Shown: positions 12,879 through 27,186, counted from the first letter of the stretch. The stretch is DNA of 64,000 nucleotides from Eledone cirrhosa (GCA_964016885.1 OZ024742.1:29636001-29700000), one strand, 5' to 3'. The notes: generated by a model not told the origin, from the letters alone. A program made the numbers and translations.

Positions 12879-12928
12879 ATTTTAAATAAACATGCTTTAA
12901 CGGTCTATTCTCCGATTTTTACTTTCCC

Positions 12929-12993
12929 ATATACATACATATATATATACATATATATACATACATATATATATACATATATATACATACATA

Positions 12994-13034
<41 letters not shown>

Positions 13035-13248
13035 ACATATATACATACATATATATATACATATATACATACATATATATATATACATATATGCATACAT
13101 ATATATATATACATATATACATACATATATATATACATATATACATACATATATATACATATATATATACATACATACATATATATATATACAATATACA
13201 TACATATATATATATACATATATACATACATATATATATATACATACA

Positions 13249-13300
<52 letters not shown>

Positions 13301-13354
13301 CATACATATATATACATATATACATACATACATATATATAAATAAATATATACA

Positions 13355-13385
<31 letters not shown>

Positions 13386-13753
13386 GAATAAATATACATA
13401 TATACATATATATACATATATATATATATACATATATATACATATATAGATATATATATACATATATATATACATATATATATACATATATACATATATA
13501 TATACATATATATACATATATATATACATATATATATACATATATATATACATATATATATACATACATATATACATATATATATACATATATATATACA
13601 TATACATATACATATATATATACATACATATATACATATATATACATACATATATACATACATATATACATATATATACATATACATATACATATATATA
13701 TATATACATATATATATATACATACATACATACATATATACATATATACATAT
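12929..13753. repeat. Compound (TA)n/(TACA)n microsatellite
   Basis: Directly visible. Confidence 0.95.
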
Positions 13754-14283
13754 GGTGGCTGCCAACTCGTTTTCGAGTATGGCCACTACTTTATAGCCAT
13801 GTAGGAGAAACCCTATTGATGCGCTGAACGAGTGACTTTTTAGTCCAGCCTGCGACATAAAAACTCTGGCACAAACACTACACTTGTGACAATTATTGAC
13901 ACATAGTGCTGGGCCCATGGTACCATGTGACGACAAGTGCAGAGAGATCTCCAGATATAAAGCAATGCCTGTGCCGTGAAGCTTTTATAGTGAGCAAAGG
14001 CACTGCACAAAGCCAGTCCCACTCTCTTAACCAAGATGATATTTACCAAAAAGAAGAACAAGTCAACATCATTGGATACCATCAGGGTTGCAGGTGTTAT
14101 ATCAGAGTTTTCCTTCTCCTAGAATTCTGCCTTGACAAAGGCTAAGGGGTCATCTCTCCCGGTGATTTTGGATGGCCATTGACTCTTAAGAGCTCCTTTG
14201 CCCTTTGACAGGTTTTGTTTTTAGTCCTGCAGGATGTCCAAAGTCACCCTCCTCACCATGAAACCTTGGTGAGGCGGGTGACA
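13754..14283 (-). mobile_element. RTE-derived non-autonomous element, copy 2 (5' head partly deleted)
   Basis: Aligns to 3534-4050; lacks the structured first ~85 nt. Confidence 0.8.
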
Positions 14284-14322
14284 TACATATATATACATAC
14301 ATACATACATATATATCTATAC

Positions 14323-14376
<54 letters not shown>

Positions 14377-14880
14377 ACATATATATATATACATACATAT
14401 ATACATAGACATACATACAAATATATATACATATATATACATACATATACGTATATATACACATACATACATATATATATATATACACACATATATATAC
14501 ATACATATATATATACATATATATACATACACACATATATACATACATATACATACACATATATATAGATATATATATACATACATATATATACATATAT
14601 ATATACATACATATATATGTACATATATATACATACATATATATATACATATATATACATACATATATATATACACATATATACATACATATATATATAT
14701 ACATACATATACATACATATATATACATACATATACATATACATACATATACATACATATATATACATACATATACATACATATATATATATACATATAT
14801 ATACATACATATATATATACATACATATATATACATATACATATATATATATATACATACATATATATATATACATATAT

Positions 14881-14919
<39 letters not shown>

Positions 14920-14953
14920 TATATACATATATATACATACATATATATATACA

Positions 14954-14990
<37 letters not shown>

Positions 14991-15404
14991 CATATATATA
15001 TACATATATATATACATATATATACATACACACATATATACATACATATACATACACATATATATACATATATATACATACATATATAAATACATATATA
15101 TATACATACATATATATATACATATATATACATACATATATATATACATATATATACATACATATATATATACACATATATACATACATATATATACATT
15201 CATATATATATACATACATATACATACATATATATATACATATATACATACATATATGTATACATATATACATACATATATATATACATATATACATACA
15301 TATATATACATATATATATACATATATACATACATATATATATATACATATATACATACATATATATATATACATATATACATACATATATATATATACA
15401 TACA

Positions 15405-15435
<31 letters not shown>

Positions 15436-15659
15436 ATATACATATATATATATACATACATATATATACATATATACATACATACATATATATAAATATA
15501 TATATACATATATATACATATATATATATACATATATATATACATATATATATATACATAAATATACATATATACATATATATACATATATACATATATA
15601 TATACATATATATATACATATATATATACATACATATATACATATATATATACATATAT
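14284..15659. repeat. Compound (TA)n/(TACA)n microsatellite
   Basis: Directly visible. Confidence 0.95.
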
Positions 15660-18600
15660 ATCATCATCATCATCATCATCATCGTTTAATGTCCATGTTC
15701 CACGCTTGCATGGGTTTGGACGGGAGTTTTCCCACTTGAGGCAAGAGTGGTTGTCTTGCTCGCATAGGACTGTCTGGCGGGTTTTCTACAGTTGGATGCC
15801 CTTCCTAACACCAACCACATTTACAGTGTGGGGCTGGGAGGTTTTTACCGTGTTGCCTACACGGCCACATTTACCGTGGCTACCGTCTATTTTTATTGCC
15901 CTGCACTTTTTTATACAGCTGTCGTCTTTCCTGCGCATCACGTGACCATACCAACGTAGCCTTCTCTCGAGTAAACAACATCTGATCCCTCTTATTTCTA
16001 ATTTTTTCCTTAGTTCGTTTATGCTTTGCCGTTCACGTATATTACTATTACACATCCAGCGGAGCATGCAAGCTTCGTTCCTCTCTAGTCTGCGTATATC
16101 CTCTGCACACAATGCCCAGGTCTCACTGCCATGCAACATTGCTGTTCGTATGCAGGCATCATACAACCTGCCTTTCATTTTTAGGGGGAACCCTTTAGCG
16201 GCTAATAGTGGTATAAGCTCTCTGAACTTTTTCCATCCAGTTCTGACTCTAGCTACTGTACTTTCAGAGCACCCTCCCCCACTGCTGATTTTGTCACCCA
16301 GGTAACGGAAGCTGTCCACTATTTCTATAGACCCCTCTGCCAATTGAAAGAGCTAGTATTTTATGAGCACTTGCTGCTACTTATTGCACCAGAGCACCGG
16401 CCACATGTAAAATCTGTGTTCTTAGTTAGCTTACCTGTGATCCCACTACATCTTTTATGTAGCCATACTTTGCATTTGGGACATAAAATGGAGTTTCTAC
16501 CTACGCCTTTCCTACACACTGAGCATGGCCATTTCCCGGAAGGGACCGGCGCCTTATTTTCTTTCCTACAAACTAGAACTTTAGTCTTAGCCAGGTTAAT
16601 TTTAAGGCCTTTTGATTCTAGGCCGTGCTTCCATGTTTGGAATTTCTTCTCTAGCTCGGCCATTGATTCAGCTATGAGTGTTAGATCATCTGCGTATAGG
16701 AGTTCCCATGGGCAGCCGGTCTTGAACTCCTCTGTTATAGCCTGAAGGGCAATAATAAATAGTAGGGGGCTAATAACAGAACCCTGATGGACACCAACTT
16801 TTACGCTAAACTCTTCACTATATTCGTTGTTAATTCTAACCTTGCTCACTGTTTCTTTATACATGGCTTGTATAGCTCTCACAAGCCATTCGTCAACACC
16901 TAGTTTTCTAAGAGCCCACCAGATAATGGAACGGGGGACTCTGTCGAAGGCTTTCTCCAAGTCGACAAAGGCTAAGTATAGGGGTTTACTTTTAGCTAGG
17001 TACTTCTCCTGTAGTTGTCGTACAATGAAAAGAGCGTCTGTGGTACTTTTGCCTGACACAAACCCGAACTGCATTTCATCTAGATCGATTCTCTCTCTGA
17101 TTAGTTGCACTATTACTTTTTCCGTGACCTTCATGACCTGGTTGATTAATTTAATGCCTCTATAGTTACTCCTATCTAGGGCGTCTCCTTTACCCTTGTA
17201 ACAGTTAATGATGATGATGCTACGCTAGTCCTTCGGAACAACCCCATTTTGTATGACTTGGTTTACTATCCGGGTGACCATGGTGTGTCCCACCGTTCCA
17301 GAGGCCTTCAGCATCTCAGCAACTATTTCCGAAGGCCCAGCCGCCTTACCCGTCTTCATATCTTTGATTGCCTTACTTATTATACTACCTTCAACTAACA
17401 CTGCTAGTCCCTCTATTGGATCGATCTGGGGGAGACTATCCTTCTGCCATTTATTCTCCTCATTTAGTAGCCTCTCGTACTGACACTTCCAAGCGACCCT
17501 CTTATCAGCGTCAGTGATGGCGAGTACGCCATCATCATTTAGAACACACTTCTCCCCAACAATATCACGGTTTTCCTTGACACATTGCCTAACAATGCTG
17601 AACACCTCACGTTTTTGGTCCTCGCGTTGTAGAACATGCTTGAACATTCTTTCCTCTGCTTCCCTTCTTGCGAAGTACACTTGTCTCCTAGCTTCCCTCC
17701 TGGCCACTTGATAGTCTTCTCTACTTCCCCCATCCCGCCATACTTTCCAAGCCTGCTTTTTGGCCTTAATCGACTCCTCCACCTTACTGTTCCACCACCA
17801 TGTTACTCTCCTCCTGCCTATAGGCCTGCTCTAGCCACAGACTTCATCTGCCGCCATCAGCAAGTTTGCTTTCAGGAATTCCCACTGTCCCTCTATATTG
17901 TCCGACTCTAAATGCTCTTCCTTACTGTCGATAGCATCAAGTAATATGCTTTGAAATTTATTTCTGGATGTGGGGTCCTTTAGCTTCCATATTTTTCTCC
18001 TGAGGATAGTCCTCTTCTGCTGTCGAGTACGTCTCGTCCTGACAAGAGGTCGCTAATTATCAGTCTATGTTGGGAGGTGAATTCTTCATGGGGGAAGGAT
18101 TTAGTGTTTACGACAGTCACTCTGTCACGTCTTCTGGTAAGGATAATAATCTACCTGGCTGGTATGTTCCCCTGATCTGTAGGTGATCAAGTGATTGTCT
18201 CGTTTTTTGAAGTTAGTGTTACAGATTGTTAGGTTATTTGCGTCACAGAATTCCAGGATTCTGGAGCCTTCCTCATTTCTAGTACCAAACCCATAGCCTC
18301 CAAGGTTTTCATCATAGCCGTCACAATGTTGTCCAACGTGACCATTTAGGTCGCCAGCAATAATTATATAGTCACTGTCAGTTATTTGGGAGGTAGTGAG
18401 CATCAGTGTCTCATAGAATCTGTCTTTTATAGCGCCAGGCAGTCCGGATTGGGGCGCGTACGCAGATATTATCGTCACAGTAGTTCTATTTAGAACAAGT
18501 CTTATTTTAATTATTCTGTCGTTTACTCTATTTACGTCTATTATCTTATCCACCCATTTTTCTGCTAACATGATTCCTACCCCACCCAGCCCATTGTCAT

Positions 18601-18840
18601 TTCCCAGCCAGAAAAGCTTATAGCATCGTTTTTTACCCACAATGAATCTAGCAGACCCGCCCCTCCATCTGGTCTCTTGGATGCAGCAGACATCAACCTC
18701 CTTACGTTCAAGCATTTCTACAACCTCGTTTGAGCGGCCTTTTAAGGTCCCTACATTCATGGTACCAACACTGAAGTTTTGGATTGCGTTTGGTGGGTGG
18801 GGTGCAGGGAGGGGTGAGGTTGATGGGGTTGGGGTTATGT
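15660..18840 (-). mobile_element. RTE-clade LINE, several frameshifts/stops, (TGA)n tail
   Basis: APE motifs (NVGTL, CIQETRW, SAYAPQ, GDLNGH) and RT motifs (QFGF, FVDLEKAFDRVPR, GVHQGSVISPLLF, LLYADD). C-terminus has FRYLG, HGSETW, RRLRWYGHVMR. (atc)n tail at 15660-15683. Confidence 0.9.
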
Positions 18841-18935
18841 TGTATATACATATATATATACATAATTATATACATATATATATACATATATATACATATA
18901 TATATACATATACATATACATATATATATACATAC

Positions 18936-18968
<33 letters not shown>

Positions 18969-19155
18969 CATACATATATACATATATATACATATACATA
19001 TACATATATATATACATATATATATACATACATATATACATATATATATACATATACATATACATACACATATACATACATATATACATATATATACATA
19101 TATACATATATATATATACATATATACATATATATATATACATATACATATATAC

Positions 19156-19186
<31 letters not shown>

Positions 19187-19437
19187 GATATATATATATA
19201 TACATATATATATATACATATATATATATACATATATATATACATATATACATATACATATATATATACATATATATACATACATATATATATATACATA
19301 TATATATACATATATATATATACATATATATACATATACATACATACATATATATATACATATATATACATACATATATATATACATATATATACATAGA
19401 TATATACATACATATATATACATATATATATATATAA

Positions 19438-19470
<33 letters not shown>

Positions 19471-19647
19471 CATATATATACATATATACATATACATATA
19501 TATACATATATACATACATATATACATATATATATACATATATACGCATATATACATATATACACATATATATACATATATTTATATATATATGCATATC
19601 TATACATATATATATACATATATATATACATATATATATATACATAT
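18841..19647. repeat. Compound (TA)n/(TACA)n microsatellite
   Basis: Directly visible. Confidence 0.95.
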
Positions 19648-20260
19648 AAACAATTAAGTTAAAAGTGTACATCCACATATGTATACTGAAATACTAGTAT
19701 GCATATAAATACACACACGTATACATATGTACATGTACCGAGCTTTTCCTGGACACTTTACTGTGAGTGTTCAGCTAGTCCGTATGTAAACACACAGACA
19801 AACCGCTGAACCGGTACGTACTCACGCTCTATGCAAATTAGTCTGCCCACTACTAATTTTCATAGAAAAAGCATATAACGATATGTGCTTTTAGGATTCT
19901 CTAGAGACGCCGGAGGATGGGTTTTTATTGCTGATGAGATGTAATAACATCGAAACTAGTCCAATATTCCTGTCTGGCTCTCTGGAGAATAGAGGAAAGG
20001 TGTTTCCTCGAAAACCAGTATGACTCTAAAAACCGGTTTATCTGTGTGTTTACATACGGACTAGCTGAACACTCACAGTAAAGTGTCCAGTGAAAAGCTC
20101 GGTACATGTACATATGTATACGTGTGTGTATTTATATGCATACTAGTATTTCAGTATACATATGTGGATGTACACTTTTAACTTAATTGTTTAAGCGTCA
20201 GTCATACAAAAGTGAGTTACAAACGAAACGAAATCTAATTTCGTTTCGTTATTTGTTTTT
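19648..20260 (+). mobile_element. Fold-back non-coding element with hammerhead and octamer motif (retrozyme-like)
   Basis: 19648-19805 is the reverse complement of 20033-20192. The spacer holds ATGCAAAT (19831) and a hammerhead (19926-19966). The 3' extension resembles the 27909/28336 segment. Confidence 0.8.
19926..19966 (+). ncRNA. Minimal type I hammerhead ribozyme (intact)
   Basis: tattg-CTGATGA-gatgt.aata.acatc-GAAA-ctag-TC-caata: perfect stems I and II, palindromic stem III actagt, GUC cleavage triplet. Confidence 0.88.
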
Positions 20261-20645
20261 ATATACATATATATATATACATATATATATTCATATATAT
20301 ATACATATATATATACATATATACATATATATACATATACATATATATACATATATATATATATATACATATATATACATATACATATATATATACATAT
20401 ATATATACATGTATATATACATACATATATACATATACATATATATACATATACATATATATACATATACATATATATATACATATATACATACATATAT
20501 ATACATATATACATACATATATATATACACATATATACATACATATATACATATATATATACATATATACATACATATATATATATACATATATACATAC
20601 ATATATATATATACATATATACATACATATATATATATACGTACA

Positions 20646-20676
<31 letters not shown>

Positions 20677-21467
20677 ACATATGTATATATACATACATAT
20701 ATATACATATATACATACATATATATATATACATACATATATATATTATATATACATATATATATATACATATATACATATATATACATATATACACATA
20801 CATATACATATATATATACATATATATATACATATATATATACATATATATATACATATATATATACATACATATATACATATATATATATACATATATA
20901 TACATATATATATACATATATATATATATACATATATATATACATATATATATACATATATATACATATATATATACATATACATATACATATATATATA
21001 TACATACATATATACATACATATATATATACATATATACATACATATATACATATACATATACATATACATATATATATACATATATATATACATATATA
21101 TATATACATACATATATACATATATATATATATACTTATAAATATACATACACATATACATACATATATACATATATATACATATATACATATATATATA
21201 TATATACATATATACATATATATATATACATATATATATATACATATATATATATACATATATATATATATACATATATATATACACATATACATATATA
21301 TATATATATATACATATATATACATACATATATATATACATATATATATACATATATATATACATATATATATACATATACATACATACATATATATATA
21401 CATATATATACATACATATATATATACATATATACACATACATATATATATACATATATATACATAC

Positions 21468-21500
<33 letters not shown>

Positions 21501-21843
21501 AACACACATATATATATATATATATACATATATATACATATATACATATACATATACATATATATACATATATACATACATATATACATATATATATACA
21601 TATATACACATATATACATATATACACATATATATACATATATTTATATATATATACATATATATACATATATACATACATATATACATATACATATACA
21701 TATACATATATATATACATATATATATACATATATATATACATACATATATACATATATATATACATATAAATATACATACACATATACATACATATATA
21801 CATATATATACATATATACATATATATATATATACATATATAC

Positions 21844-21876
<33 letters not shown>

Positions 21877-22101
21877 CATATATATATATACATATATATA
21901 TATACATATATATATACATATATACATATACATATATATATACATATATATACATACATATATATATACATATATATATATACATATATATATATACATA
22001 TATATATACATATACATACATACATATATATATACATATATATACATACATATATATATACATATATACACATACATATATATATACATATATATACATA
22101 C

Positions 22102-22132
<31 letters not shown>

Positions 22133-22195
22133 AACACACACATATATATATATATATATACATATATATACATATATACATATACATATACATAT
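20261..22195. repeat. Compound (TA)n/(TACA)n microsatellite with internal block duplications
   Basis: Directly visible; the landmark 'atataaacacaca' recurs at ~19433, ~21498 and ~22128. Confidence 0.95.
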
Positions 22196-22803
22196 GGTGG
22201 CTGCCAACTCGTTTTCGAGTACGGCCACTACTTTATATCCATGTAGGAGAACCCCTACCGATGCGCTAAACAAGTGTGACTTTTTAGTCCAGCCAGCGAC
22301 TTGAAAACTCTGGTACAAACACTACACTTGTGACAATTATTGACACATAGTGCTGGGCCCATGGTACCATGTGACGACAAGTGCAGAGAGATGTCCAGAT
22401 ACAAAGCAATGCCTGTGCCGTGAAGCTTTTATAGTGAGTAAAGGCACTGCACAAAGCCAGTCCCACTCTCTTAACCAAGATGATATTTACCAAAAAGAAG
22501 AACAAGTCAACATCATTGGATACCATCAGAGCTGCAGGTGTTATATCAGAGTTTTCCTACTCCTAGAATTCTGCCTTGACAAAGGCTAAGGGGTCATCTC
22601 TCCCGGTGATTTTGGATGGCCATTGACTCTTAAGAGCTCCTTTGCCCTTTGACAGGTTTTGTTTTTAGTCCCGCAGAATGTCCAAAGTCAACCTCCTCAC
22701 CAAGAAACCTTGGTGGGGTTGCCAGTTTAGTCGCCAACGACCCGACCATGAGACAGGTTGTACTGGGATACATGTTACCAGTAGCACCAACTGGTGACCT
22801 GAC
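22196..22803 (-). mobile_element. RTE-derived non-autonomous element, copy 3 (full length)
   Basis: Colinear with 3534-4141 and shares the same ends. Confidence 0.82.
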
Positions 22804-23075
22804 ATATACATATATATACATATATACATACATATATACATATATATATACATGTATACACATATATACATATATACACATATATATGCATATATTTATA
22901 TATATATACATATATATACATATATATATATACATATATATATACATATATATATACATATATATATACATATACATATACATATATATATACATATATA
23001 CATATATGTACATATATATATACATATACATATATATACATATATATATACATATATATACATATACATATATAT

Positions 23076-23326
23076 CGTGGCTGCCAACTCGTTTTCGAGT
23101 ACGGCCACTAATTTATATCAATGTAGGAGAACCCCTACCGATGCGCTGAACGAGTGTGACTTTTTAGTCCAGCCAGCGACTTGAAAACTCTGGTACAAAC
23201 ACTACACTTGTGACAATTATTGACACATAGTGCTGGGCCCATGGTACCATGTAACGACAAGTGCAGAGAGATCTCCAGATATAAAGCAATGCCTGTGCTG
23301 TGAAGCTTTTATAGTGAGCAAAGGCA
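23076..23326 (-). mobile_element. RTE-derived non-autonomous element, copy 4 (5'-truncated)
   Basis: Matches only the 3' 250 bp of the other copies. Confidence 0.8.
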
Positions 23327-23439
23327 TATACATACGTATATATACATATATATACGTACATATATATAGATAGATAGATAGACAGATATACACCATACAT
23401 ATATATGTATGTATATATGTATATATATATATATATATA

Positions 23440-24860
23440 TTTACGAACCTTACTAATGCTAACTTTCTTGATATTAATCTTGATCTACTTACTGCCTCTT
23501 AAACCTAATGAAAATCTTAGGTATATACACAAAGAGTCTTGCCATCCCCCTATAGTTTTTAATAATCTTATTCCTAACATTAGCCGTAGGATTTCTACCT
23601 TATCTTCGTCTATAGACATTTTTAATAAAGCCCTTAAGAACAGCGGTTTTACAGAAAAAATTTCTTATTTACCTACCCCCCCCTCCCCTAAAACTAACCA
23701 CAATAACAGGAAAAGGAAGATTATTTGGTTCACACACCCCTTCTCTCTAACTGTCAAAAGTAATGTAGGAAGGAAATTCCTTGAACTATTAGACAAACAT
23801 TTTCCTCCTAATCATAGATATTATAAGATATTTAATAGGAACGTAGTTAAGATCAGCTACTCTTGTTGCCCATCTATGAAGTCCAAAATCACCAGTTCAA
23901 ACCGTACGAGAATAAATCCAGGATGCAGTTGCAGGAAGCCGGATGAATGCCCATTGCAGGGTAAATGTAACACCAAATCTGTCGTTTATGAGGCTAAGAT
24001 AACACCGGTAATCAACAACCAGCCAGCCAGGAGTGAGCGATATGTCGGTATGACCCAGGACAGGTTTAAAACCAGATTTTACTCACATGTCGCTTCTTTT
24101 AAGCACTCCGATAAACGAACATCAACGGCCCTCGCAAGTAAGGTGTGGGAACTCAAGGATAGTAACATCCCGTACTCTATTGATTGGTCTATATTAGACC
24201 ATTCGAGGGAGTACCAAAGGGGCACAAAGAATTGTTCTTTGTGTACCACAGAAAAGTATAGGATTTTGCTAAACTTGAGAGCCACTTCCGCTTGCCTTAA
24301 CTCAAAGACTGAGATCTTCAGATGCTGTCCTCATCTGAAATCGCATCTGATCTGTAACTGGATTGACACTCCTATGATAAATCAACCACCTTGAACTCCT
24401 TCTCTGCTCTTTACTTCTGCTACGGTTTTTATTTTGCTGATTCTACGTTCTGTACTCTTGTATATTTACTTATTTTTTCTCCCTTACCTCCCCTTATATT
24501 TCACCTTTTCTTATGCCCCCCCCCCCCATATATTCTTTTTGCCTTGCCCTTCACATACCTATGTGTATGTGTATGTACATTTGTGTGTATATATATATGT
24601 ATATGTATATATGTATCTATATATATATATGTATGTGTGTGTATGTGTATGTGTATGTGTATTTATATGTATATATTTGTGTGTGTATATGTATGTATAT
24701 CTGGATAGACCAGGTTTTTTTCATTCTGAAGATTGAAGGAAAAGTTTTTTGCTTTTAAGAAACCACTGGTGAATGGAATAATTGCCTTATGTTGCTTTAT
24801 TACTTTACTACTATATATATATGTATATGTAAGGTTCATACGAAATATCTAAGACTGAGT
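23440..24860 (+). mobile_element. Penelope-like element 3' fragment (RT thumb + GIY-YIG) with pLTR hammerhead
   Basis: NFLD remnant at ~23460. ORF 23405-24394 has KPNENLRYIH, IIWFTHPFS, CSC-x5-CPLQGKC, VVY...YVG, CSLC, LNSKTE..CCPH. Hammerhead-like motif at 24722-24775. Confidence 0.88.
24722..24775 (+). ncRNA. Hammerhead motif with GUG at the cleavage site (probably inactive)
   Basis: catt-CTGAAGA-ttgaagg...cttttaa-GAAA-ccactgg-TG-aatg. Confidence 0.6.
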
Positions 24861-24910
24861 TTTACACATACACACATGTATGTGTGTGTGTATGTGTATG
24901 CAGCTGTATA

Positions 24911-24969
<59 letters not shown>

Positions 24970-25452
24970 GCGTGTGTGTATATATATATGTATGTGTGTG
25001 TGTGTGTGTTTGTATTTGGTTGTGCGTGTTTATGATATGTACGTATTTGTATGTGTATAATTGTATAGCTATGTATGTAATTGTGTGTGTATGTATACAT
25101 ATATGTGTGTGTGTGTGTTTATATTTATGTATATATATATATATATATGTGTGTGTATATAATTACATATACATATGTGTGTGTATATGTTGTGCATGTA
25201 TGTGTATGTATGTGTTTATGTATTTGTATATGTATATTTATGTGTGAGAGTGTGTGTATGTATTTACTATTTCGTACATATGTATACGTGCATTTATGTA
25301 TGTGTATGTATGTACGTGTGTATATATGTATGATTGTGTGAATGTATGTATGTATATGTGTGTGTGTATGGCTATGTTTGTGTATGTGTATGCTTGTACA
25401 CACATATATATATATATGTGTGTGTATATGTGTATATATATATGTTTGTATA

Positions 25453-25513
<61 letters not shown>

Positions 25514-25590
25514 ATGAGTGTATGTATGTGTGTATATATGTATGTATGTGTACGTGTATATGTGTGTATGTATATATATGTGTATATGTA

Positions 25591-25666
<76 letters not shown>

Positions 25667-25669
<3 letters not shown>

Positions 25670-26865
25670 TATTTTCCGTTGTGTTGTAATATAAATATTA
25701 CACACAGTAGATTATCAGCTCACGTAGAGTTTGCTCGACGGTTCTAGTTGTAGTTCCAAAAGTAATCCGGAGAAAAATAGAAAGATTTGAATGGATACAG
25801 TTTAGTTGAAAGGAATTTATTGACACGTGTTTCTATAACAGTTACATAACCTAAAACAGCTGCTATCTACAAACTTTTAGTTATGCAGACATTCAATATT
25901 TCAATGTTATTATTTACTGTCATTTCATCAGAATAATATTACTGAGGACCTATTTAGTTTTTATAGAGAATATTAGGAGGGAGGGGTGAAGTTGTTAGAA
26001 AAATAGTTGAAGGAGTGGTTTTTCGATAGCAGTGAGAATTCTTGGTGGCAGTGAGTAATTAGATTCCCATCTGTTGTTTTGACATTTTTTATAGAATATA
26101 TTATTGGTTATTTTTCTAAATCTATAGAAGGATTAGAGATAGTAAAGATATGCGTGGTTGGTTTTGTGTTTGCACTTAATTAACATTCAGACTTAAATTT
26201 TTCTTTCAAGTGTACGTATCCTTTCACCCACGCATTCACACACAAATATATTTGCACACCTCTGTGTTTGCACTTAATTAACATTCAGACTTAAATTTTT
26301 CTTTCAAGTGTACGTATCCTTTCACCCACGCATTCACACACAAATATATTTGCACACCTCTACAAGGTAGAGGTGTACAAGGTAGAGGTGTGCAAATATA
26401 TTTGTGTGTGAATGCGTGGGTGAAAGGATACGTACACTTGAAAGAAAAATTTAAGTCTGAATGTTAATTAAGTGCAAACACAAAACCAACCACGCATATC
26501 TTTACTATCTCTAATCCTTCTATAGATTTAGAAAAATAACCAATAATATATTCTATAAAAAAATGTCAAAACAATAGATGGGAATCTAATTACTCACTGC
26601 CACCAAGAATTCTCACTGCTATCGAAAAACCACTCCTTCAACTATTCTTCTAACAACTTCACCCCTCCCTCCTAATATTCTCTATAAAAACTAAATAGGT
26701 CCTCAGTAATATTATTCTGATGAAATGACAGTAAATAATAACATTGAAATATTGAATGTCTGCATAACTAAAAGTTTGTAGATAGCAGCTGTTTTAGGTT
26801 ATGTAACTGTTATAGAAACACGTGTCAATAAATTCCTTTCAACTAAACTGTATCCATTCAAATCT

Positions 26866-26871
<6 letters not shown>
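25667..26871 (-). mobile_element. ~1.1-kb palindrome (fold-back PLE-end-like element) with unique 110-bp tail
   Basis: 25777-~26262 is the reverse complement of ~26385-26871, with a ~100-bp tandem duplication near the centre. CTGATGA...GAAA motifs at 25925(-) and 26717(+). Flanked by (TA)n. Confidence 0.8.
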
Positions 26872-26945
<74 letters not shown>

Positions 26946-27102
26946 ATGTATGTATGAGTTTGTGTGTTTTTTTGTGTGTGTGTTTGCATGTGTAGTTTTT
27001 TTTTTTTTTTTTCCTTTCCTTCTTCCTTCTCCAGCCTCACTTTCATATAGATTGCATTTTTGTTTTTAAAATCCAAATTCAATAAACAGACCAGGATTTT
27101 TT

Positions 27103-27156
27103 CATTCTGAGGATTGAAAGCAAAACCTTTTGCTTTTAAGAAACCACTGGTAAATG
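27103..27156 (+). ncRNA. Type I hammerhead ribozyme in a solo pLTR related to 24705-24812
   Basis: catt-CTGAGGA-ttgaaagcaaaa.cc.ttttgcttttaa-GAAA-ccactgg-TA-aatg: stems I-III all pair, GUA triplet. Confidence 0.8.
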
Positions 27157-27186
27157 GAATAATTGCCTTATGTTGTTTATTAAATA

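Larger units (their letters stand above)
10130..12928 (+). mobile_element. Penelope-like element (Naiad-like), 5'-truncated
   Basis: DKT motif (VTSDKTKKLY), PLE RT (FDIDSYYASI, MGSSDSAQ, YRDD, NFLD, SNHP), CNC-x5-CPLxGxC linker, GIY-YIG domain (VIY...YIG, CDLC, CTH). A hammerhead-like motif lies near the 3' end. Confidence 0.9.
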
